A stretch of 64,000 bases of DNA. Source: Octopus sinensis (taxonomy: Eukaryota). Of this stretch, positions 36,646-49,549 are shown piece by piece (position 1 is the stretch's first letter; the number at the start of each line of letters is the position of its first letter). The DNA lies in assembly GCF_006345805.1 (NCBI RefSeq), contig NC_043006.1:5084001-5148000 (forward strand), in the 5' to 3' direction. Both the position numbers and the translations under genes were made by a program. The notes beneath the pieces were generated by a model. It worked only from the letters and a program-made list of their open reading frames with translations, was not told where the DNA came from and ran no database searches.

Positions 36646-38313
36646 CAGTAGTATGATATATATGTATTCTCTCACCAATGTTGACTGTTTTTGTTGTTGC
36701 ATTCTTGGTATCGTTGATTTTCTTGATTTATTATATCCTGAGGGATTTGCGTGTATACATTTATTTGCATATTTTCTTGAAGCCGTTGCTAGCCTGTCTG
36801 TAAGTCAGCTACTTTAAACTGTTTGATTAAAGGAACTCGCGGTGCACATTTAGATAGACTTTTAATCTCTGGTCGCAATACCCACCCGGAAACTCTGGGA
36901 AACCCGCCTCTCGGGGGAATTCTCTCGGATTAAAAAGCCGGGTTCTAGACAGTCTATATTGGCATGCTGTCTGTCGTTATTAAATTCCTCATTAAACTAA
37001 TATCTTCAAAAAGTTAGCACGGAGTTTCAAATACCGTTGAATGATCTATTCTTCCAAGGTTTCACGTTCGTTTAAAATCGTGTGTATACTTCTAAAGACG
37101 GGCTGCTGTTTTCACAAAATAGGAAACATATTGAAAGTTATATAAAAATAAACTATCGGATTAACAGGGTAGAAAGTCATAATATTTTTGATATATAAAC
37201 AGATATAATTGTAAAATAAATGGAAAATGAAATCGTTTTATTATATACACACACGCGCACGCACACACAGACACACCACACATACACATTCGAACACGTG
37301 TATACGTGGACTCGCATAAACAGACTATAGAAACGTATCATAGCAACTTGTTAGTCTTTAGCAAATTGTTTCTGTATATTCTGACGCCGATCCTACAGTG
37401 AACCCCTCCTATTTTTAAAAGTTGTTTTGAAAAGCGGCTGACTGAAAACCACTCCCACGATTCTGAGTGGGTGGTGGGGGTATTAGAAGGCTCTTGAAAG
37501 TCAAGCTGTGGAGTAGTTTTATTTTCTTATCTTTGAATATTATTTAATGATAAGTATAGTGAGCGCCCCTAGTGGCATGAGTAAACACATTTGAATTGAA
37601 TCCTTGAACAACAGGCTTTCATTTCTAGTTTGATGCCATTTAAATTCAAGTACGTAGCCATTTCCTTTGAGAAAGCCATGGACATCACATTCTCTAAAAT
37701 GTAGGACTCTTATGCCCAGTAAAACGGAACGATGATTTCTTTAGAAATGTTTCTCTAATTTTAGTTTTTTTAAGTTTAAAACAATTGCTCCTGGTTTTAC
37801 AAGAGAGCCAATGTAAAATATGTTGGTTAAATTTATTCCTCAGAATTAATTGAATTAAATCCAATAATAACACACCCGACAGGGGGCTGAGAATTAAGCG
37901 TATATAAGGGTTAGGAAAGAATTCTATTAATTTCTTCTTCAAGTGACCGCATCTGAGATGGGTTTCGCTAATTTTGGTAGATTCCGAATTTCACGCTCTC
38001 TGTCTCTGCCATAATAACATCAATGTGGTTGAGGAGTCTGCGCCTTCTATCAGGCTTGGCAGTTTTCAAACTATAACATCGGACAGGGTATAGTAGCAGT
38101 GGTCGGCAAAACTTACTCTTCATTGATTTCTCTCTTTCTCTCTCACGCATACACGTAAGTATGTATAGTTGTGAGTGTTTTGTGTGCATAATTATATTTT
38201 AAAATTTCAGCAGGCGAAATTTCATAGCTTTCTGGTCGTGGAGTAAACCAAAATAACAAAAAGACATGTATTGCGAGGAATAAGTCAGTAGTTTGACCGA
38301 CTATTTGTGTGTT

Positions 38314-38399
<86 letters not shown>

Positions 38400-38769
38400 T
38401 GTTTGTGTTTGTGTGTGTGTGTGTGATCCCTAAATATATTTCCATAAATAATCCAACAGGTTTCATATTTCAAACAGTTTATACAATATGAATGTTTTTC
38501 CACCCCTTTTTAAGTACAAAAGTAATTCTTGGCTGTCTACTATATGAAGATTTAAAATTTTACAATGACTTAGAGCGAATTGTTGCGAGAGGGGGTCCGA
38601 TAAAAAGTGGGAGCTAGATTTTTATATTCAAATACAGTTACCATTTCTTTTCGTTGTCTGTGGCACTCCATTCTCTTCGTCAGTGACCGCTGTTCGCACT
38701 AGCCACTTCATACATCAATCATTTTTGTTTCCTACACTAAATTCCGCGACCATCTCTGATAATTATCGT

Positions 38770-38995
38770 AAACAGCGGGGTTGGTGACGACCGGAAGTGT
38801 TTCCGGGTCTACTTGTCTCCTAGCTTGGATACTCCTTCCTGTCATACTGGGGCGCTGCTGCCAACTGCGACAATGACAGCAACAGACATCTGTAGGAGAC
38901 AAACCCTTGTTGAACCCCTACAGCGACCTTCGCAACAAAGATTCCTCTGCTTTCAACACGCAGGACGTGGTAACTCTGCCCTGCTATCTACGGTA
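38770..38995 (-). mobile_element. Probable RTE-like 5' UTR fragment with an HDV-like ribozyme remnant
   Basis: GC-rich; minus strand acc-ACG-TCCTG-CGT…gcagagga/tctttgt…gCGAA-ggt. Confidence 0.3.
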
Positions 38996-39464
38996 ACTCG
39001 TAAGGCATATCATTTTCTGAAAAATACATATTTAGTGTCAATGATTGTAAAACTTTATCAATGCTGTTCTTTACATTTTTATACTCTTCTTTGTATATTC
39101 ATTTATTAGTTTATGACGGAGGGAAACTGAATATCTAACAGAATTTTTTAAATAAGCAGATTCATTGTGAGGAGTTAGTTTACATTTCAGCTGACAATTT
39201 CGTTTGCTGTATATTTTTAAGTGAAGGAAATAGGATTTTGGAACGTTTATTATATTTCATGAATTACTAGATTACATGAAGCGAAAATGGTTCCGAATCG
39301 ATGTCGGTTGACTATTAAGCTCGCCAAATTTCTGTTAGCTGAATACGTGCAGATTTGTTTAGGAGAACATATTTTGTAGCCATATATATTAGAATCAGAC
39401 GAGATAGTTCGATAAAATTTATGTTTGATAAAATACTTAATTACTTTCCAGTCGTTGAGGTTTT

Positions 39465-39629
<165 letters not shown>

Positions 39630-40959
39630 AGTTGGTGTGTTGGTGCATTTAGTGAGAAAACAAATTTATAGAAATACAAAGATATACATAAAAGGATAGA
39701 TTTAGAGAAGGAGCGGTAGTAAGGAGGATTAATTTGTATTCACTAACTTCTTTGTCTATATCTCCAGACTTTTTCCGACGAAAAATTTTTATCCTGTTGG
39801 TCTTCCTTACAAAAGTATAGAGTGTTGGAGCCTATAACCACCTGCCGATCACCACTGGTAGATGCTGTATAGAATAATGATGAGGCTATGGCAATGATGA
39901 CAAAGATGCTATTTAAGAAAGAAAAGAAAAATTAGCAAGCATACAGCGTTAATGTATTTAGCAGGTAGCTAACCCTCGCAACTATAAACCCTGCAGGATC
40001 GCTTAGCTCTACGCTGAATGCGTACATGAAATTCCTCTAGGTCAGATGGAAAATGGATACAAAAATGCGTCTTACAGAATCTAGTTCAAAGTAAGAGTAA
40101 CAGGGTTGTAATTGTACTGGGATTTTGTAATAAAGGAAGTTTAAGATGAAAAAATTCTCTTACAATAACAACGGCGTAGGTTTATGGAAATATATTATTT
40201 TCTTGGAATTAAAGAAAGTGAGTTCGTATTTAGACAAAGAAAATATAATATACTAAGATTAAGTAAAGTCTTATTACATAGACTTAGACCAATAAATATA
40301 TAGGGCAAAGATATATGCTGCAATAAGGTGACGTAGCTCACCACAGCGATACTTCGTAAATAGCATATTTATTATGTCTCCTACGATTTTTATGAAAACA
40401 ACACCTGTTCAAATAAGGGAAATTGCCTTATTTAATGGAATGTTAATATTTACAGAGAAGGGAGTGATGGAGGATATTGAAATAGAATATTGCCCAGCTA
40501 AATGGTTTACAGTTTTCTTTGTAACATTCGGGGTTCAAATTAGTTTACGTTTGATCTCTCTGCGGTCGATAAAACAAGTGCTCACAAAATACTGGATCAA
40601 TTTAATCTATTACACCACACCCACTCTGATAAACTTGATATAGTTATTCAGGAACGTAGCACTGGTTGCATGGAAAATGCAATATGTGTGTGTGTGTGTA
40701 TGTATGTGTATGTGTGTGTGTGTGTGTACACGCACACACGCGCATACATACATTCTCTCTCACTCACAGAAGTTCGACCAAAAGATAATGAAGTCACAAC
40801 TGTCTCTCATTTTTATTCAACTATTTATTTTATTGGCAACATCATAAATTCAAAAGTATTCTAGTCTGCATATATGTGGTTGTATGCATTATGTATGGTT
40901 TCTACTTTATGATATACGAACTCTATATACAATTTTTTTTCCAAGTTTTTAAACTAGTT

Positions 40960-41850
40960 AAAATGCGTAACCCAGCTCGTTTCCAAAGAGAGCAAATCGT
41001 AGGAGCGCGGATGACTGGAGTTTCAATCACTGAAACTGCTAAGTTGTTTAATGTTTCGAGAGGTGCAGTCTCTAAAACCTTGTTGGTTTTTCAAAAGTAG
41101 GATCAAACCAGCTCTAGCAAGCATAATTCTAGATGAAAGGCAAAGTTTACAGAGTGTAACTGCAGAATACCGAAACGTATTGTCTTTAGAAACCATCGAG
41201 CTACAACAGCAGAAGTGACAGTGGAACTAAAACACTAATTTGTCAGGGCTTTGTCAACCAAAATCAGGTTTGGGGTTCCATAAAACTGGATGCCATAAGG
41301 GGGTTGCAATTGCTAAACATCTCTTGCCCTGCATTAACGTTAATAAGCAGATAAAAATGTTGTATAGATTATTAGAAGTAGTCAAAGACTCAATGGTGCA
41401 ATGCAATCTTTGATGAATTATCATTCACCCTTTCACTCCACTTCGGGGCGATTTTATGTTTGAAGATATCCCCAAAAAACGTCTGTTTGGCACTTACCTA
41501 TTTCTTTATTACCCACAAGGGGCTAAACACAGAGAGGACAAACAAGGACAGACATAGGTATTTAGTCGATTATATCGACCCCAGTGCATAACTGGTACTT
41601 AATTTATCGACCCCGAAAGGATAAAAGGCAAAGTCGACCTCGGCGGAATTTGAACTCACAACGTAACGGCAGACGAAATACCGCTAAGCATTTCGCCCGG
41701 CGTACTAACGTTTCTGCCAGCTCGCCACTCTGGCACTTACCGTGAAGCATAGAAGTGGTTTAGCAGTGATTTTCCATAGTACAGTATTCTCTTCGCTCTT
41801 TAGTTGTACTGCACAGCAGAGTTATCACCAAGGATTATCTGAGTATTTTT
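40960..41850 (+). pseudogene. Tc1-like transposase remnant interrupted by a SINE
   Basis: RFQREQIVGARMTGVSITETAKLFNVSRGAVSK (Tc1 N-terminal HTH), FDELSF (SDES.F), and TVKH.SG after the SINE. Confidence 0.8.
41499..41727 (-). mobile_element. SINE family 'A', full length
   Basis: Reverse complement of 42917-43147; TSD TGGCACTTACC at 41488 and 41731. Confidence 0.9.
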
Positions 41851-41855
41851 TTAAG

Positions 41856-42035
41856 GTGGGCGGAATTGTTAGCACGCCGGAAAAATGCTTAGCAGTCTTT
41901 CATCCGTCTGTACGTTCTGAGTTCAAATGCCACCGAGTCAACTGTATCTGTCGTCCTTTCGGGGTCGATAAAATAGTTTAAACACTAGAGTCGATGTAAT
42001 CGATTTACTCCTAAAACTGCCGGCCAAAATTTGAC
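41856..42035 (+). mobile_element. SINE family 'A', older variant
   Basis: gttagcacgccggaaaaatgcttagc…tttcggggtcgataaaata. Confidence 0.75.
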
Positions 42036-42916
42036 CTCAACGCACACACACATACACACACACTAACTTACACACGTGTGTGAGGGTGTATAATTAACAG
42101 TATGCAGCTATGCACGAACATTAACAATGAGTTCAGAGCTCAGTAATCGGTTCCTCATTAAACTCCTATATCCTACACGCCGCGAATTTTATCACTCTGG
42201 AGAATAGGCTAAAGTGCAGAGTCTGAACCCCATTATATCAGAAAGACAGAAAACATTATGCTATTTTTATGCTCTAACGTACACATGTATGCATGTGTGT
42301 ATGAATGTGTGAATGTGAGTGTATATACATAAAGAGAGAGAGAGGGAGAGAGAGAAACATACTAAATAAATGTGATGATGTGATGATTAAGATGTACAGT
42401 CCTCTAATCCGGTATTTGGCACTTTAAGTTAAAGTTTATTTGCTTTTTTGGTTTTATCAAGGAATATTTCTAAAGAGAGGATAAAAATGGCGATGATATT
42501 TGCTGAGAATGTCATTAACTGTATGAAATTTGTAATTCAGATAATAATATGTTACTAACGATTACAACATTTGTTTTCAATAATTTAGAAGCTGTCTTTC
42601 AGAAAGCCTTCTCTGTAAATAGATGTGAATTATTACTCACACATTGTTTACCACAATAAAAGATTCAGCGACCACAATCCTCGTAATATGCGTTGCGAAG
42701 AGGAGAATAAAGTCATTGAATTTTTATGCGTGTATTCATGGATCACGTTCAGCTGAAGACGATTGTAAAAATAAAGAGGCTTTTGAAACAAGAGAACAGA
42801 TTTAGTTAATTTGAAAGTCAAGTGCTGTAATTTCGAAAAATTTGTGTCTAAAAATATTAGTGGTTAGGGATTAAACTGATGCACTGACACAGGATATAAA
42901 AATTTTCTGGAAATCA

Positions 42917-43147
42917 AGGCGGCGAGCTGGCAGAAACGTTAGCACGCCGGGCGAAATGCGTAGCCGTATTTCGTCGGCCGTTACGTTCTGAGTTCAAATT
43001 CCGCCGAGGTCGACTTTGCTTTTCATTCTTTCGGGGTCGATAAATTAAGTACCAGTTACGCACTGGGGTCGATATAATCTACTTAATCCATTTGTCTGTC
43101 CTTGTTTGTCCCTCTGTGTTTGGCCCCTTGTGGGTAGTAAAGAAATA
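42917..43147 (+). mobile_element. SINE family 'A', full-length monomer
   Basis: Head GGCGGCGAGCTGGCAGAAACGTTAGC, B-box-like GAGTTCAAATTCC; imperfect TSD atataaaa..tt.ctggaaa. Confidence 0.9.
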
Positions 43148-43744
43148 TATAAAAGGTTACTGGAAAACATGGAACACAGTTTGTGTAATCTCCGGACGTA
43201 TTAATGAAACCAGGAAACTAAGAATTATCTAATCGTATATAATCAATATATTTAGATTTATAGTATCGGACGAATCGATACTAAGTATATATTTGAGAGT
43301 TGAAACGTGTGGGAGGAACTCCTGAACATGACGACATGAAGTTCAAACAAGCTGGATTTTATTGAGCTGCAAGTATATCATTTGAAATGACATAATTTCA
43401 GATCTACTGCATTACGTGATTAATCCCGGATATTTATATAGATTGAGTATAATCCAACTGGGTAAGTATGGAGCCATGACTAAATATCCTTATACGGAAT
43501 TAATTAACTTATATAATCTATGGTGTATTTTTCTATTTTCTTCTAGCACCGTAAAATTTAAACAAAATTTTCAATGATTAATTTTTTAATTTTATTTAGA
43601 CTGTATGCAATCCGATAGCGGAGCACAGAATTTTGACAATATCGAAATTGAATGGAATTCAATAGGATAGATTTAGTGGTAGGCTTGTAGTCAGAGCAAA
43701 TACATCCACCCAAATGGTTCTAAGGTTTTAATAAAACACCCGTC

Positions 43745-43787
<43 letters not shown>

Positions 43788-43865
43788 AAAGAGAGAGAGA
43801 GAGAGAGAAGAAATTATCAAACAAATAAGAGTCAGAAACATAATTACTTATTTTTTAAAAATATA

Positions 43866-44016
43866 GGCGTAGGAGTGGCTGTGTGGTAAATAGCTTGCTT
43901 CCGGGTTCTGTCCCACTGCGTGACAACCTTGGGCAAGTGTCTTCTATTATAGCCTCGGGTCGACCAAAGCCTTGTGAGTGGATTTGGTAGACGAAAACTG
44001 AAAGAAGCCTGTCGTA

Positions 44017-44073
<57 letters not shown>

Positions 44074-44292
44074 GTGTGTGTGTGTGTGTATGTGTGTGTG
44101 TGTGCATGTGTGTATATGTCTATGCGTCTGTGTTTGTCCCCCAACGTCGCTTGAAAACGATGCTGGTGTGTTTACGTCCCCGTAACTTAGCGGTTCGGCA
44201 AAGGAGTCCGATAGAATAAGTACTAGATTTCCAAAGAATAAGTCCAGCATGACCACAGTCAAATGACTGAAACAAGTAAAAGAGTAAAGAGT
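43866..44292 (+). mobile_element. OK-like SINE
   Basis: Head, internal (TA)n(TG)n and AAGAGT tail. Confidence 0.85.
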
Positions 44293-44932
44293 CTGATATA
44301 TAAGAAAAAATTGTTGAGAAAGGGACGGAGTAATTCAAAGAGATAAAGTTCTATTATATGGACATGTGAGGTTTTGGATGTTGCTCCAAGAGATATGCTT
44401 TAAGACGGAAATATCATTTATAGAAAAGATGGGGGAGAATTTGAGAAAATGTGTTGAATCAAAAAGTCAGTTAGTGCAAAGTTATGATTCAATCTGAGTC
44501 GGAAACAGGTATTCACCAGTTGCTCTGTTTTCTTATATTTTTGATTGCAATCTTCGAAAAATAGTTTCCACTCTTCAAAGAAATGGTATTTCAGAATATT
44601 TCAGTATTCTGAAAGATCATTTCTTTGACGACCTGTTATGCAAATAGGTTTGAGGCAGAGCCAACATGGATTTCTATGAAGTACATATAGATAATAATTC
44701 CAGTGTAGACAGTAATTTTCAACGTAAATATCTATTTCGTATAAGTTGGACAGTCAATCACTCAAAACGATCGTTACGAATAATGAAGTAATTTTTTTTT
44801 TCACTGCCCCACCTACCGAAAAGAGAGCAGCTTAGTTACTATATTCCAAGCAAATTACGGGGAGAAAATGTACTTTCAGCAAGAATCCCAACCAAGTTAT
44901 ATCAAAGCTAATAGTAATATCCCGATAAAATA

Positions 44933-45330
44933 GGGCTGCGAGCTGGCAGAACCATTAGCCGGGTCGAATGCTTAGCGGCATTTCGTCTGTCTTTAAGTTC
45001 CGAGCTCAAATGCTGTCGCGGTCGATTCTACCTTTCGGGGTCGATAAAATATCTGTACAAGTTGAATACTGTGGTCGATGTAATCAACTTAACCATTCTT
45101 CCAAAATTGCTGCTCTTGTGCCAAATATACCGATAAAAAAAAGGCAGGGTCGTTAGCACAACGAGCTAAATGCTCGGCGGAATTTCGACCTCCTCTACGT
45201 TCTGAGTTCTGCTGAGGCCGACTTTGCCTTTCGTCCCTTTTGAGATCGATAAAATACAAGTTGACCACTAATGTCGATGTAATCGACTTACCCACATTTC
45301 CGAAATTGCTGGCCTTGTTCCAGATTTGAA
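44933..45330 (+). mobile_element. Two adjacent old SINE 'A' copies
   Basis: Heads at ~44933 and ~45145; bodies 'gtcgataaaata…gtcgatgtaatc'. Confidence 0.7.
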
Positions 45331-45363
45331 AACAAACAATAGAAATTGTTGGTGTAATGATAT

Positions 45364-45475
<112 letters not shown>

Positions 45476-46020
45476 GTACTGGGAGGATAAGAAATGGAAC
45501 GAAGCGACGAATCGAATCGAACCCGACGCGAACGCGCTGTCAGACAATAATGTAATAAATAAAATATATGCATACATACAAACATATATGTACGTACCTA
45601 CATCTACATGTATATATACATGCATATATAAATAATTATATATACGTGAGTACAGGACACCATAACTAGACGTAGGACTCAACGAGAAACGAAAACGGGA
45701 AAACCAGTATTTTTACAACAGTAAAAATTAATATATTGTGTGTATATATATATAATATATATATATATATATAAAATTAATTAAGGGTATAAATTGATAT
45801 TTATCAATTAAGACCAGTGGTCTAGCATATTAAAAAAGAATCCGAAGATTAAAATATTTATATATACCAATTAAGGACTGAACACGAAAAGTGGACAGTC
45901 AACATGCTAGATATAGACGTCAAATCGCCATTCACCACAAAAGATTATGTTCTCAGATCAAACTCAACACAAAACCATAGCAATAAACAAGTGAAAAAAT
46001 ATACGAAATAAAATAATTAC

Positions 46021-46085
46021 CCATGTACTAAATTAGTTTCAGCTGTTATTTTCCGCAAGGAAAACTGCAGCCATCATCAGCATGG
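46021..46085 (-). ncRNA. Type-I hammerhead ribozyme (inverted arm)
   Basis: Reverse complement of 46602-46666. Confidence 0.8.
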
Positions 46086-46601
46086 TCCGTTATAAATGTA
46101 ATTTGATGGACTAGATGCAAACACGATACCGAAATATCGCGTGCATGGAGTTCAGCCTATTACATTAGAATATATCTTTCAAATGCCTCTACTTTTGCTA
46201 TGGTTTTGTGTTGAGTTTGATCTGAGAACATAATCTTTTGTGGTGAATGGCGATTTGACGTCTATATCTAGCATGTTGACTGTCCACTTTTCGTGTTCAG
46301 TCCTTAATTGGTATATATAAATATTTTAATCTTCGGATTCTTTTTTAATATGCTAGACCACTGGTCTTAATTGATAAATATCAATTTCTACCCTTAATTA
46401 ATTTTATATAAATAAATATGTTCTCTAACCGATAAATTAACTGCTGCTAAGTATTAGCTGCAGGCTAATTTTTCTCGGGTTCCAACGCGCCAAAGTAGAG
46501 GCATTTGAAAGATATATTCTAATGTAATAGGCTGAACTCCATGCACGCGATATTTCGGTATCGTGTTTGCATCTAGTCCATCAAATTACATTTATAACGG
46601 A

Positions 46602-46666
46602 CCATGCTGATGATGGCTGCAGTTTTCCTTGCGGAAAATAACAGCTGAAACTAATTTAGTACATGG
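46602..46666 (+). ncRNA. Type-I hammerhead ribozyme
   Basis: ccatg-CTGATGA-t-GGCTG-cag-TTTTCC-ttgc-GGAAAA-taa-CAGCT-GAAAC-taattta-GTA^catgg; predicted cut after 46661. Confidence 0.82.
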
Positions 46667-47109
46667 GTAATTATTTTATTTCGTATATTTTTTCACTTGT
46701 TTATTGCTATGGTTTTGTGTTGAGTTTGATCTGAGAACATAATCTTTTGTGGTGAATGGCGATTTGACGTCTATATCTAGCATGTTGACTGTCCACTTTT
46801 CGTGTTCAGTCCTTAATTGGTATATATAAATATTTTAATCTTCGGATTCTTTTTTAATATGCTAGACCACTGGTCTTAATTGATAAATATCAATTTCTAC
46901 CCTTAATTAATTTTATATAAATAAATATGTTCTCTAACCGATAAATTAACTGCTGCTAAGTATTAGCTGCAGGCTAATTTTCTCGGGTTCCAACGCGCCA
47001 AAGTAGAGGCATTTGAAAGGTATATTCTAATGTAATAGGCTGAACTCCATGCACGCGATATTTCGGTATCGTGTTTGCAACTAGTCCATCAAATTACATT
47101 TATAACGGA

Positions 47110-47174
47110 CCATGCTGATGATGGCTGCAGTTTTCCTTGCGGAAAATAACAGCTGAAACTAATTTAGTACATGG
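47110..47174 (+). ncRNA. Type-I hammerhead ribozyme (second tandem copy)
   Basis: Same sequence as 46602-46666; predicted cut after 47169. Confidence 0.82.
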
Positions 47175-47328
47175 GTAATTATTTTATTTCGTATATTTTT
47201 TCACTTGTTTATTGCTATGGTTTTGTGTTGAGTTTGATCTGAGAACATAATCTTTTGTGGTGAATGGCGATTTGACGTCTATATCTAGCATGTTGACTGT
47301 CCACTTTTCGTGTTCAGTCCTTAATTGG

Positions 47329-47364
<36 letters not shown>

Positions 47365-47439
47365 CTCTCTTTTACTCTCTTTTAATTGTTTCAGTCATTT
47401 GATTGTGGTCAAACTGGAGCACCGCCTGTATATATATAT

Positions 47440-48842
47440 AGCTGCAGACTGGAGAACAGCGATAATCTGCCCAATTTTCAAGAAAGGGAGCCGCGAAGAC
47501 CCGCTTAACTACCGACCGGTTTCCCTTACATCAATAATCAGCAAGATGTTCGAAACCATCCTTAAGAAAAGTATGATGCTCCACCTCCTAAACACAGCCT
47601 CTATCTCTGATTCCCAACACGGCTTCGTGCCGAAGAGATCATGCTTGACCAACTTACTAGTAATGGAAGAATTGGTGACGCGCATCCTCGATGATAGTGA
47701 TGCTGTTGACATCGTTTTACTGGACTTTGCCAAAACTTTTGACTCGGTAAACCACCGCCTATTACTTGTCAAGCTTCAAGCATAAATTTCCATCCGATAT
47801 TGTACGATGGGTTGGTGCCTTCCTCTCAGATCGCTCCTTCCAAGTCCAAGTTAATGGTTCGCGGTCCGACGTCTCCAGTGCGAGCAGTGGCGTGCCTCAA
47901 GGTTCATTGCTTGGGCCCTTTTTGTTCTTAGTCTTCATAAATGACTTGTCCGACGACCTCACGCAACACACCCTTCTATTTGCCGACGATATCAAACTGC
48001 TCGCTCCTTGCGGTAATATAGAGGATCTTCGTGGTCTAACGATTGGGACCTGTGTCTGAACGTGTCAAAATGCTGTCATCTGCCTGTTGGCTCTCCTCCT
48101 GCAACTCAACTTGATTTCGAGCCGGGTCGTCTGCTGCTGGAGAGGACCGATCAGGTAAAGGACCTGGGTATCTTGGTGGATTCCTCCTTTTCGCCTTCGG
48201 CCCAGTGCGTCCATGCTGCCAACAAAGCACGCGGAATTCTGTTCTTGATTCGACGGTCATTCGGAATGCTCACAGCAACCATATTCCTACCACTCTATGT
48301 CACGCTGGTGAGACCCATATTGGAGTATGGGATTCAAGCCTCTTCTCCTTATCTCCTCAAAGACATACAGCATCTCGAAAGAGTCCAGAAGCTGGCTACC
48401 CGCATGGTTCATGGTCTCAAAAATTTGTCCTACGAAGAAAGGCTGAGGACGCTCGACCTTTATTCTCTAGAAAAACGCCGCCGCCGTAGTGATCTCATTC
48501 TCGCCCACAACATCATAAGCGGAAAGTGTAACCTCTCGAAAGAGCTGTTCTTCACTCCTGCTCCAGAGCGTCGGCTGCGGGGTCATTCCGAAAAGCTCTA
48601 CCTGCGACGATTTCATCTCAATCGAAGGAGAGGAGCTTTCTCCGTCCGGGTTGCGGATCCGTGGAACAAGCTGCCAGACGAGATGGTGAAGATGCCGACG
48701 ACCGCTTTGTTCAAAGCCTCCCTGGACCTCAAGTGGCCTGAACTCTTTACATGAACACCACCCTGTACTTAACTCCATGTCCCCCTACATGGCCTTGCTA
48801 TTTGCTTTTGAGCCAAATTAACTAACTTACTAACTAACTAAC
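47440..48842 (+). pseudogene. CR1/L2-like LINE, 5'-truncated, RT domain with frameshifts
   Basis: NYRPVSLTS, QHGF, LDFAKTFDSVNH, GVPQGSLLGP, LFADD, KDLGI; (AACT)n tail. Confidence 0.93.
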
Positions 48843-48901
<59 letters not shown>

Positions 48902-49549
48902 AACAGATTTTAAGTGAGAGATGACAGCATGCTTAGTTTTAACATATTTATACGACGTTTTTACCGGAACAATTTTCGTGGGTTTAAGAGTATTTTATTG
49001 ACTACGGCTATTGACATTTTCTATCATCAGTCTTCCCGTCAGGTCATTACGGGACGTTTCTGTAAAATATTCGACAGTTTCGAAAATACACGAGTCAGTT
49101 TGCTTGTTATCTAAAATCAGCACTATCACGTCTCCCTTATCACTCATCGGTCTGTTAGCCTTAATAGATTTCATCTACAATTTATCGGTCTCAGTGCTAA
49201 ATATCAGCCAAACAGCGAGTCAGTCCTGCAATCTCTTCCACCTGCTACTCTGTCATTCTGCTCACTTTATATATATATATATTTTTTTTTTTCTGTCGGT
49301 TTAAACTAATCTGTCAAAATCTCCGAGACTCATTCTATTGGAAATAACTTTAAATCAAAACACGTATGATATCAGTCACTTCCATTCATAGTTATGAAAG
49401 TAACAAGTAGTTAAGATGCTAGTTCTGCAGAGTAAGTTACTACCAAAACTAATTCACAAACTTTACTATAGTTACCATTTTGTCGCTACGAAAATACTTT
49501 TTTTGCCACACACACACACTAAAGAAAATCTATTAATTATTATTAAGAC

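Larger units (their letters stand above)
45768..47336. mobile_element. Retrozyme-like element: ~2.2 tandem copies of a 508-bp HHR-bearing unit (46196-47336) preceded by a ~430-bp inverted copy (45768-46195), inserted in (TA)n
   Basis: CTGATGA at 46607 and 47115 (period 508); near-identical copies; no ORF of 60 aa or more; both ends run into (TA)n. Confidence 0.88.
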
